From Anaerobium acetethylicum (GTDB lineage: Bacteria; Bacillota; Clostridia; Lachnospirales; Lachnospiraceae), in contig NZ_FMKA01000001.1 of NCBI RefSeq assembly GCF_900096945.1, forward strand, positions 426,291 through 490,290: a DNA stretch of 64,000 bases, given 5' to 3'. Shown here one piece after another: positions 19,826-28,800 of the stretch (position 1 is its first letter; the number at the start of each line of letters is the position of its first letter). Below the pieces are notes generated by a model, which saw nothing but the letters and a program-made list of their open reading frames with translations, was not told where the DNA came from and ran no database searches. The translations under genes were made by a program, and so were the position numbers.

Positions 19826-21214
19826 TTATAATGTGACGTTCAGTTTCCTGCAGCTGTCTTCTATAACAGCTATCAATTCATCGTCTGTAAGCACTGTCAC
19901 ACGGCCTGATTCGTATTCTTCGTCAACCCATACTTTAACCATCTGTACAAGTTCAGAATTCTTGTCGACCTGTCTTTCGTCCTTCAGCTTATAATACGTA
20001 TTAATCCAGTGAGCGATTCCCGCAAGACCGGATGTATTCGATACTGCAACAAGTACCGGACGATTTAAAAACTTCTCAGTATCAAATATATTATAAATCT
20101 CTTCATTTTTCAAGAGTCCGTCTGCATGAATTCCTGCACGGGTGACATTAAAGTTCCTTCCGACGAAAGGAGTCCTTGATGGAACCCTGTATCCGATTTC
20201 ATTTTCGAAGTACTCTGCGAGCTCAGTAATGACCGTGGTATCCATTCCATCAAGTGTTCCTTTAAGCTGCGCGTATTCAAAAACCATTGCCTCAAGAGGG
20301 GTATTTCCTGTTCTTTCGCCGATTCCAAAAAGCGAGCAGTTTACGCTGCAGGCGCCATAGAGCCATGCAGTGGTGGAGTTCGTGACCGCCTTATAGAAAT
20401 CATTGTGTCCATGCCATTCAAGGAGTTCTGACGGAACACCTCCGTGTGTCATCATGCCGTAGATAATTCCCTGAACGGAACGGGGTATAACCGCTCCCGA
20501 AAAATTCACGCCGTAGCCCATTGTATCGCAAGCCCTTATTTTAACCGGAATCTGATATTCTTCCATCAGTTTCATGAGTTCCAGGCAGAAAGGAATTACA
20601 AATCCATAGATATCTGAACGGGTGATGTCTTCCAGGTGGCATCTTGGACTGACGCCTGTTTCAAGACATTCTCTGACCACTCCAAGATAATGATTCATAG
20701 CTTCACTTCTGGTCATCTTCATCTTATAGAAAATATGGTAGTCGGAACAGCTTACCAGGATACCCGTTTCCTTCATGCCAAGATCCTTGACAAGTTCAAA
20801 ATCCTTTTTGCTTGCACGGATCCAGCTTGTTACTTCAGGGAATTTATATCCCCTTTCCATGCATTTATATACAGCATCCCTGTCCTTTTTGCTATACAGA
20901 AAAAATTCGCTCTGGCGGACAATCCCCTTAGGACCGCCCAGTCTATGCAGATAATCGAACATCGTTACAATCTGCTCTGTTGAGTACGGTGCCCTCGACT
21001 GCTGTCCGTCTCTGAATGTAGTATCTGTAATCCAGATTTCATCAGGCATATTGAGTGGTACGATTCTGTTGTTGAAAGCAATTTTTGGAACCTCGTCATA
21101 CGGGAAAAGATTACGAAAAACATTTGGTTTGTCTACGTCTACCAGATGATACATGTGTTCCTCAAGCTGCAGAAGGTTTGTATGCGGATTCATTTTAACC
21201 GGTCTATTTTCCAT
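19826..21214 (-). CDS. homocitrate/2-isopropylmalate synthase family (DRE-TIM), candidate Re-citrate synthase
   Basis: TTFRDGQQS, HGHND metal site; start MENRPVKM at 21212-21214 with AAAGGAG RBS; partnered with IDH-like gene. Confidence 0.7.
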   Translation of the reverse strand: MENRPVKMNPHTNLLQLEEHMYHLVDVDKPNVFRNLFPYDEVPKIAFNNRIVPLNMPDEIWITDTTFRDGQQSRAPYSTEQIVTMFDYLHRLGGPKGIVRQSEFFLYSKKDRDAVYKCMERGYKFPEVTSWIRASKKDFELVKDLGMKETGILVSCSDYHIFYKMKMTRSEAMNHYLGVVRECLETGVSPRCHLEDITRSDIYGFVIPFCLELMKLMEEYQIPVKIRACDTMGYGVNFSGAVIPRSVQGIIYGMMTHGGVPSELLEWHGHNDFYKAVTNSTTAWLYGACSVNCSLFGIGERTGNTPLEAMVFEYAQLKGTLDGMDTTVITELAEYFENEIGYRVPSRTPFVGRNFNVTRAGIHADGLLKNEEIYNIFDTEKFLNRPVLVAVSNTSGLAGIAHWINTYYKLKDERQVDKNSELVQMVKVWVDEEYESGRVTVLTDDELIAVIEDSCRKLNVTL

Positions 21215-21272
21215 TTTGCTGCATCTCCTTTTCTTATAAATATACATTTTAAATTTTACAGTATAAGTCAAA

Positions 21273-21315
21273 AAACCTTGGTATCATTGTATACAATGAT
21301 ACCAAGGTTTGTCAA
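21273..21315 (-). promoter_or_regulatory. promoter (TTGACA-16-TATACA) overlapped by a perfect 32-bp palindrome (candidate GntR operator)
   Basis: ccttggtatcattgtatacaatgataccaagg at 21276-21307; contains T.GT-N-AC core typical of GntR/FadR sites; -10 sits at the dyad. Confidence 0.5.
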
Positions 21316-21353
21316 CATGTATTTTATCATTTCATTTTCACTTCAATTCACCC

Positions 21354-21504
21354 GTTACTGTTCACTCCGCGACCAGTAACACGCTACGCGATGCACAGAA
21401 ATGGTTGAAATGCACCATTTCGCGCTGCAAGCCCCGGGTTTTTCGTGATTTCCGCTTCGCTACACTCACAAAAAACACCTTGTGCAAACAACGTGTGAAC
21501 AGCA
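21354..21504 (+). mobile_element. degenerate family A-like element (A5)
   Basis: gttactgttcac...gatgcacagaaatggt-tgaaatgc-accatttc...gggttttt...aaaaacacct...gtgtgaacagcaac; same architecture as family A, ~60% identity. Confidence 0.4.
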
Positions 21505-21513
21505 ACATTCACC

Positions 21514-22059
21514 CTAACCAAATACCTCTGCATAAAGTGCTTCCAGTTCCCTGTACATATCATGCTCATGAAGGGGTTCAAGGACTCTCACGAGGCTTCC
21601 GTAATACCACTTCTGTTCCTTCTTCCCTCTGTTGAACCGGCTCCACAGATTTTCTGCATGCTTCCTGTAATCAATGGATATGCTCCTCAGATTTGCAAGC
21701 TTGTCCGCACACATCAAAAGCATCTCATCATAATCGGCTCTGTCCTTAATGAATTCGATTGTATGCTGTTTTCGCTCCTCCCAGGAAAGCTCCTTGTTTT
21801 CCGAACAGGCGGCAACGAGCCCGGCAACCTTATCACCAAATTCATCTTTTATAATTTCCAATCCTACATCTGTATCTTCTACCGTATCATGAAGCAGTCC
21901 TGCTATGACAAGTTCCGTGCCACAGTCTGCCTTCTGGAGTATCATTGCCGTTTCAAACGGATGCACGATGTACGGAGTGTCCGTACCTTTTCTGAATTGC
22001 CTGAAATGTGCGTTTGACGCAAAACTAATTGCCCTGCTTAAATCCAGATTATCCTTCAC
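21514..22059 (-). CDS. HD domain phosphohydrolase (small alarmone/(p)ppGpp hydrolase-like)
   Basis: HxxxHD...D motif: HPFETAMIL...LLHDTVEDT. Confidence 0.7.
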   Translation of the reverse strand: MKDNLDLSRAISFASNAHFRQFRKGTDTPYIVHPFETAMILQKADCGTELVIAGLLHDTVEDTDVGLEIIKDEFGDKVAGLVAACSENKELSWEERKQHTIEFIKDRADYDEMLLMCADKLANLRSISIDYRKHAENLWSRFNRGKKEQKWYYGSLVRVLEPLHEHDMYRELEALYAEVFG

Positions 22060-22118
22060 TAATCGTTTCCCCCATTATATGAATAAGCTGTAACTGTTCA
22101 GAATCCCCATCCGGGCAG

Positions 22119-22733
22119 CTATCTCAACCGGTTGCATTCAAACTTAGCGTTTGCCTCGAGACAATGCTTCACAGCCTCGTATCTTTCTTCAATCGTCCCT
22201 TCATCCGCGACCACATCAAGGGATACGGCAATGTCGCTGATCAGCCTGTCGCTCACCTTTCTCTTGAGGCTCTTGAGTATTTCAAGTTTTTCAACATAGG
22301 TGCCAGCCTCCAGAAACTTAAGCAGGTCAGGATTCACTTCTTCATTCATACCAGACCTTCCAGCATCTTTCTGCAGCCTGACTTCAGCCGGCTGCCCGAA
22401 GTCCTCTGCATCCTCCCGTTCAACATCCTCTTCCTTTGTCTCAGAGGCCGGCGTAAGCATCTGCCTGTCTACAGGCTCGAATCTGTATTTCTGCTTCACA
22501 TCAGGATACTTATTGCGGTCTACCTCACTGCAGAACATATCAAGCGGCCTTGCATAGGTCATGTAGCTGCCATAAAGAGCCTGATATATTACAAGCTGTT
22601 CTCCCGTCTCGGAATGAGATGCCACGGTTACGATCTGATAAAGCCTGTTCTTAAAATGCCTGTATATTTCCCCTGGTTTTGGTATTCTTTTCTGTTCCAT
22701 ACTCAACAGCACCCTTTCCTCAATAAAGCTCAT
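22119..22733 (-). CDS. DUF1653-domain protein with acidic linker
   Basis: GEIYRHFKNRLYQIVTVASHSETGEQLVIYQALYG N-domain. Confidence 0.55.
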   Translation of the reverse strand: MSFIEERVLLSMEQKRIPKPGEIYRHFKNRLYQIVTVASHSETGEQLVIYQALYGSYMTYARPLDMFCSEVDRNKYPDVKQKYRFEPVDRQMLTPASETKEEDVEREDAEDFGQPAEVRLQKDAGRSGMNEEVNPDLLKFLEAGTYVEKLEILKSLKRKVSDRLISDIAVSLDVVADEGTIEERYEAVKHCLEANAKFECNRLR

Positions 22734-22815
22734 TTTATATCTTAATTATAACATTCCGGCAATGCATTGGCAATGATGCAGACTAACTGTCCTGTAATCC
22801 ACCGTCCTGTAATCA

Positions 22816-24195
22816 TCAGCGCGTGACATTCCTCAGCCATTTCATGCTTCTGTAGCGTCTTGTCGCAACCGGTATTTTTATCAGTTCGTCGCACATCAGG
22901 ATAACATAAACAGCCAGGACGCCCCATTTGAAGACGAAAGCGGCCAGGAATCCGAATATAATAGAGAACCCCCACATGAAGGCTACGTCCAGAAAAAGTC
23001 CGTACCTGGTATCTCCGCCAGCCCTGAAAACCCCTACTATCAGGGTGCAGTTATAAGCCTGTGCCATCACGAAGTATGCCATTACAAAAAGCATGAATCC
23101 CAGATATGATTTTGCCTGGCCGGATATGCTCATGTTCGATACCAGCAGTGGCCTGATTGCAAGCACCACACATGCACCGATCAGCCCGAACACGATGCTT
23201 AATCGTCTCAGTTTTTCAGCATATACTTTTGCCTCTTCAAATTTTCGCTCACCGATTGCCTTTCCCAGCAGAATTGCAGTGGCCGTGGAAATGCCGAAGG
23301 AAACCACCATTGCGAGCTGTTTGATTACCTGTGCTATGGAATTTGCAGCGACTGCAGAGCTTCCCAGATGCCCGATTATCGCAGCATTTGCCGATACCCC
23401 TGCTCCCCACATGAGCTCATTCACCACTACAGGAAGGGAAAAAATCATAAAATCCCAAAACAGAGTCCTGTCTATCGCAATAAAATCCCTGAATCGTATC
23501 TTCACTATATCGTTCATTCGGAATGCATAAAAAATAACAATAACCAGCTCAAGGATACGGGCAATCAGGGTTGCTGTTGCCGCACCTTCCACACCCATCG
23601 CCGGAAAGCCAAGATATCCAAATATCAATATGGCATTGAGGATAACATTCGTCAATAACGAAAGGAGATATACAACCGTTGAAATAAATACACGTTCTAC
23701 ACTCCTTAGTATATTCAGGTACGTCATCGTAATTGATGTCAGGATATAGGAAAACGAAACGATTCTCAGATATTTTACACCTTCCGCAATTACAGGCGGC
23801 TCCGATGTGAATATCCTGAGAAGTGCTTCAGGCACTGCCATGGCAGCTATTGTAAAGATAAGTCCGACGATCAGGGAAAGCCTGAGCGCAATGCTCATCA
23901 CCTTCTCTATAGCTCTCATGTCCTGCTTTCCCCAATACTGCGCCGTAAGGACTGCTGCACCTGATGTCAGCCCGAAAAAGATAAGGTTCATCACAAACTG
24001 CACCTGACCGGCAAGGGACGCCCCCGCCAGTGCCGTTTCTCCCGCTTTTCCAAGCATAATAACATCTGCCCCCGTTATTCCGACATTGATCATGTTCTGC
24101 AATGCCATGGGTAATACAAGGGCAAATACTTTCCTGTAAAAAACCTTGTTTTCTTCCGATATTTTTAATTTTCTTTTTCCATTCATTATGTTCAT
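22816..24195 (-). CDS. MATE family efflux transporter
   Basis: 459 aa, 12 TM, MATE repeats. Confidence 0.9.
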   Translation of the reverse strand: MNIMNGKRKLKISEENKVFYRKVFALVLPMALQNMINVGITGADVIMLGKAGETALAGASLAGQVQFVMNLIFFGLTSGAAVLTAQYWGKQDMRAIEKVMSIALRLSLIVGLIFTIAAMAVPEALLRIFTSEPPVIAEGVKYLRIVSFSYILTSITMTYLNILRSVERVFISTVVYLLSLLTNVILNAILIFGYLGFPAMGVEGAATATLIARILELVIVIFYAFRMNDIVKIRFRDFIAIDRTLFWDFMIFSLPVVVNELMWGAGVSANAAIIGHLGSSAVAANSIAQVIKQLAMVVSFGISTATAILLGKAIGERKFEEAKVYAEKLRRLSIVFGLIGACVVLAIRPLLVSNMSISGQAKSYLGFMLFVMAYFVMAQAYNCTLIVGVFRAGGDTRYGLFLDVAFMWGFSIIFGFLAAFVFKWGVLAVYVILMCDELIKIPVATRRYRSMKWLRNVTR

Positions 24196-24301
24196 ATGAC
24201 CTGCTCCTGTTATTTTCCTTTGGAAAGAGGAATCTTCCCTTTTCTGCCCGAGATTCAGTCTTGAAAGAACTGTGCACTCCTTTCCCGACTAAAAAACGAG
24301 A

Positions 24302-24335
24302 ACCGGCAAATCGCTTCGCAATTTGCCGGTCAATA
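24302..24335 (-). terminator. rho-independent terminator after oadG-like gene
   Basis: accggcaaattgcgaagcgatttgccggt + TTCTCGTTTTTT on minus strand. Confidence 0.55.
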
Positions 24336-24339
24336 ATTT

Positions 24340-24492
24340 CTATTTGTTTTCTTCGTTGGCTCCCTTATCAGGAATTTTCGACATAAGAATAACTATAAGG
24401 GTAATCAAAATAATTACCGCAAATATACCGAACATTCCTTTCCACATAATTTCCAAGCCATAAAGAACATTTTGCATAACATCTGGGTTCAT
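24340..24492 (-). CDS. oadG: OadG-like small membrane subunit of Na+-translocating decarboxylase (50 aa)
   Basis: rc translation MNPDVMQNVLYGLEIMWKGMFGIFAVIILITLIVILMSKIPDKGANEENK; below 60-aa ORF cutoff; single TM, OadG-like pattern. Confidence 0.5.
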   Translation of the reverse strand: MNPDVMQNVLYGLEIMWKGMFGIFAVIILITLIVILMSKIPDKGANEENK

Positions 24493-24522
24493 AAAAAAGC
24501 TCCTTTCCTGTAGCCCCGTTTC

Positions 24523-25668
24523 CTATTTTAAGATCTGCGCTACCAACTCTAAAAGAATACCGCCTGCAAGTACTGAACCGATCTGTCCTGAAACATTCGC
24601 GCCGATTGCATGCATTAACAGGATATTTGTAGGATCTTCCTTTGTTCCCATCTTCTGAATAACACGCGCTGACATCGGGAATGCTGAAATTCCGGCGCCT
24701 CCAATCATAGGATTGATTTTCTTCTTCAGGAAGAGGTTCAGGAATTTTGCAAACAATACGCCGCCTATTGTGTCAAATACAAATGCTACAAGTCCAAGTC
24801 CCATAATCAGAAGGGTGTCAACGCTAACAAATTTGTCAGCTGTCATACTGAAGGAAATCGTAAGCCCAAGCAGTAATGAAATCAGATTTGCAAGTACATT
24901 CTGTGCTGTGTCTGAAAGTGAATTGAGGACACCACATTCTCTTAAAAGATTACCAAACATAAGGAAACCTACCAGCGCAATTGACGTTGGCGCAATCAGT
25001 CCGGCAATTACCGTAACGATAATCGGGAATGCGATTCTGGTTTTCTTTGAAATCTGTCCCGGTTCATATGGCATCTTAATCATACGTTCCTTTTTGGTCG
25101 TAACAAGCCTGATCGCTACTGGCTGTACGATTGGAACGAGAGCCATGTAGGAATATGCAGCAACTGCAATGGCACCAATATACTTTGATCCTAATATCTG
25201 TGATACAAGGATTGAAGTCGGGCCGTCAGCAGCACCGATGATACCGATCGATGCAGCATCCTTTAAATCAAATCCAAGCAGACAGGCTACCACGATTGTA
25301 AAGAAGATACCGAACTGTGCGGCTGCACCGAACAGGAACATGATCGGCTGGGATAATAAAGGTCCGAAATCGATCATTGCACCGATACCGATAAATAAAA
25401 GAATCGGAAGTGCTTCTGAAGCCTCAATACCTACCTCAAATAACCACTGAATGATACCGTGGGTATCCCCTACGCCTTCCAGTACCTGGTTCAATGCGCC
25501 TGATGCAGGAATGTTAACCATAATCGCTCCAAATCCCATAGGGAGAAGAAGTGTTGGTTCAAGTTCTTTTGCGATAGCCAGATAAATCAGCAAAATTCCG
25601 ACTGCTATCATGGCCAGACTTTTTGGAGATGTAAACAGTGCTATAGCGCCGTCAAATAAAAATTCCAT
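24523..25668 (-). CDS. oadB: Na+-transporting decarboxylase beta subunit (OadB/GcdB/MmdB family)
   Basis: 381 aa; canonical OadB membrane sequence. Confidence 0.9.
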   Translation of the reverse strand: MEFLFDGAIALFTSPKSLAMIAVGILLIYLAIAKELEPTLLLPMGFGAIMVNIPASGALNQVLEGVGDTHGIIQWLFEVGIEASEALPILLFIGIGAMIDFGPLLSQPIMFLFGAAAQFGIFFTIVVACLLGFDLKDAASIGIIGAADGPTSILVSQILGSKYIGAIAVAAYSYMALVPIVQPVAIRLVTTKKERMIKMPYEPGQISKKTRIAFPIIVTVIAGLIAPTSIALVGFLMFGNLLRECGVLNSLSDTAQNVLANLISLLLGLTISFSMTADKFVSVDTLLIMGLGLVAFVFDTIGGVLFAKFLNLFLKKKINPMIGGAGISAFPMSARVIQKMGTKEDPTNILLMHAIGANVSGQIGSVLAGGILLELVAQILK

Positions 25669-25852
25669 TGTTATTCCTCCTAAATTCTATTCATATAAAA
25701 TTCATTATACTATAGAAATTCAATTAAAAAAAGATAAAATTTTACTATTATTAATAATATCAGAAATTTCCCCGCGCAGTATTATCCTGGGCGGGGAAAT
25801 CGATTTTGTTTTTATCGGTTCTATTATGTTTTTATCGGTTCTATTTGTGATC

Positions 25853-28800
25853 TCAGTTTTTCAAACCAAAGCTTTCTATTATCTTTCTGAATTCCGGTGA
25901 ATCCGCAAACCCAAACATGATTTCCTGCCTGCTCGTCTGGTTATTCATTCTATTGAGATGATACTCAAGTCCGCCCTGGTCATATTCCCTTCCCATAAAC
26001 GTTCTATACAGGACTTTGACATAATCACTGTCTGTGAGGTTCTTTTTCTGGAATTCCGGCGAAAATATAAAGTTCTGTGCCGCCTGGACAGGAGTCATCC
26101 TGCCTTCCTGGATTTCACGTGCATAGTAGCTGAGACCGCCGGCTTCCGCCTCTCGATTTAATACTTCTGCATATAGACGGTATATGTACATGGCAAGATT
26201 GGGATTCTGATCTGCCGGATCCGTAACCGCAACGCTTCCTCTGTCTATTCCGTAGGAACTGCAGATATCCGTGAATTCAACTGATTCAACAAATCCCCTG
26301 AACACCCAGAGCCTTGACACTCCCTTATCCAGAAAGTCTGACCAGTATGCCTTTCCGCCTGCATCTGAAGCCCTGCCCATGAATGTCTCATAAAGCATCT
26401 CCACATATGCCCCGTTGCTGAGGTTCCGTCCCAGGAATTCCGGGCTGAATACGAATCCGCGGCCTACATCTGCCCCTGTACTTATACGGTCGACCAGATT
26501 TCTCCGATAAAAGCCTATTTCATCATCACCAGCTGTTCTTCCCAGTACCTTGTCATACAGCCTTCTGATAAAATCATCAATCTTTTCCTCTTTTGATGAT
26601 TCTTTTGCAGTAATTCGGACCTCTCTGGTTCCTGAAACCTGATTTCCATCTGAATCCGACACCGTATATACTGCTGTGTAGCTGCCTGCAGTAACTGCAT
26701 TTCCCAGCGCATCCAGGGGAACACCCGAGAACTCGAAATTGTCAGCATTAAGTTCAACTGTCCCATCTTCGATATCCGTTACTGTGATATTTCTCTTTGC
26801 CCAGTCAATCAGATTCAGCGCATTCCCTGTTTCCACAACTATGCTTTCAGATGCATGATTGCTGATTACAGGTATGCTTCCGCTAAATAACTGCCTGTTT
26901 TCCTCCATCATCGCAGCCTTGTCTGCTTCCTTAAGCAGGTTCAGTGCTGCAAGAAGTTTGTTCTTGAATACAAAACAGGATTTCTTATTCACTGCCTGTT
27001 CTTCATTCATATTACCCATGACAAAAGCAGTATAATTTTTCACTTTATTCAGGTAACTGCTATATACCGCTTCTTCTGAATCCGCAAGTTTTGCAAGTCC
27101 GTACCCTGTTATCCGGTAACTGTTTACAATCCTGTTTTTAGGAGAGAAGAAGGCTGACACATCTTCAAGGGTTGACCTGCTTATAAAATTCAGCTTTGCC
27201 GCACCCTCAAGATGCGTTATATTGATTTTGTACCCAACCTTAAACTTTACATCGATTTCTTCAGGTGCATTTACGTTTGCGATATAATTTTTTACATAGA
27301 CCTGCTTTCCCGATTCATCAAGCACCTCAATCGATGCAAATGTCTGGCTGTCAAAAAGCGTATGAGGCTTGCAGTCTGCCGATGAAATATGAAGGTTCAT
27401 CGTATGATAGTCAATCGTCATATTGGCGAAGGTGTTTGCATAGCCGCGGAACAGAATCTGCTCATCTCCGCTAAGCGGGCTTGTTGTCATCTTCCTGTAA
27501 GTAAAGCTGTCCGGTGTATCCTGTCCTTCTTTTACAAGGATATACTTATAGCCGTACTCATATGCCCCTGATTTTGGAGTCGGCATTTCCAGTTCATATG
27601 CGCCGATTGGGAGGTTTTTAAAGGACAACTTTAAATTTCCGGTATCCGCCTGAATCATCTCTTCGGTAATTCTGACTTCTGCTGCCGTCTCGCTTCCATT
27701 TTTGACAACACAGTATTTGCCCATGATTTGCGAAATGTCGTCAATGCTGACCGTAACCGCTGCATTTCCCCTGAGTCCAAAGCTGCTCAACTCAGCAGGA
27801 GCTGCCAGGGCATACATTCCTTTTCGTCCCAGTGCATTGGAAATTTCAACAGCCTTCTCATCTGTGTTTACCAGATCCCTTATGAAGTAAAGCATCGGAT
27901 AGTCGGATTCATAGACCTCTGATGTCGTTTTGTCATCCGGCTCCAATGCCCATGCATTCAGATATGGAATGACATTCTTCCCGGAATAAGAGCTCAGATA
28001 TCTGGCAATTGCATTGCAGGCATTTACATTATCCCCGCTGCATGCCTCCTTACGGACGCCTGTATGAAGCGCGCTCCAGCCCTCTTCAGGCCCGATTGTA
28101 TTTAAGAGATTTACGAAAACATATAGTTTCGAGCCAAACCCCAGGCTGTCAAATTTCAGGTCTCCATTACGCTCGCGGATGAATTCTGCTTCTTTCGATT
28201 TATTTGAAAGATTTCCAAGCCATCCTGTCTGACCATATTCCAGGTACTTCATTTCCTGATAATGGCCAAGCACGTTATTTACGACTTCTCCAATATCCAT
28301 TCCGCTGCTCTGCAGGACACCCCCATAACCATGTCCAAGTTCGTGAAGCGTCATCCAGTCTTTTACAAAGTAATCCCTGATACTGTTGCCATTGAAGGCT
28401 GTGTGGTCCCCACTGTAGTACGCAAGCCCAGCACCATGGATATTCGCTTTGACGAAATATTTTGTTCTCACGTTCTGGTTCATCCAGTCATTTGTGTTGA
28501 TTTCCAGCCCAGTGTAAGAATCATATTCTTCCAGAAATTCATTGTACCAGGCAAGTGCATCGTCGAATGTTGTAAACTTCCTGTAATTATTGACATTAAT
28601 TATAGTGCCTGTCCTCAAAGTATTATCCTTATCCTTTAATGGAAGCAGGAAAGTGGCGCGTTCCGTTTCAATTACAGAATACCCCGCCTTCGAAGCAGTC
28701 CAGCCAGCCATGAATGCCGCCTGGTTGTCACCATCATGATAATAGTCAAGTGCCTTTACGCTGTTCTCAAATTCAATTTCTACCACAGGATAGATATTGC

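Noticed and set aside
22698-22733. Alternative downstream start (MEQKR) for the DUF1653 gene
   Set aside because: Both ATGs have a GAGGAAAGGG at plausible spacing and the choice cannot be resolved by eye, so the longer ORF was kept.
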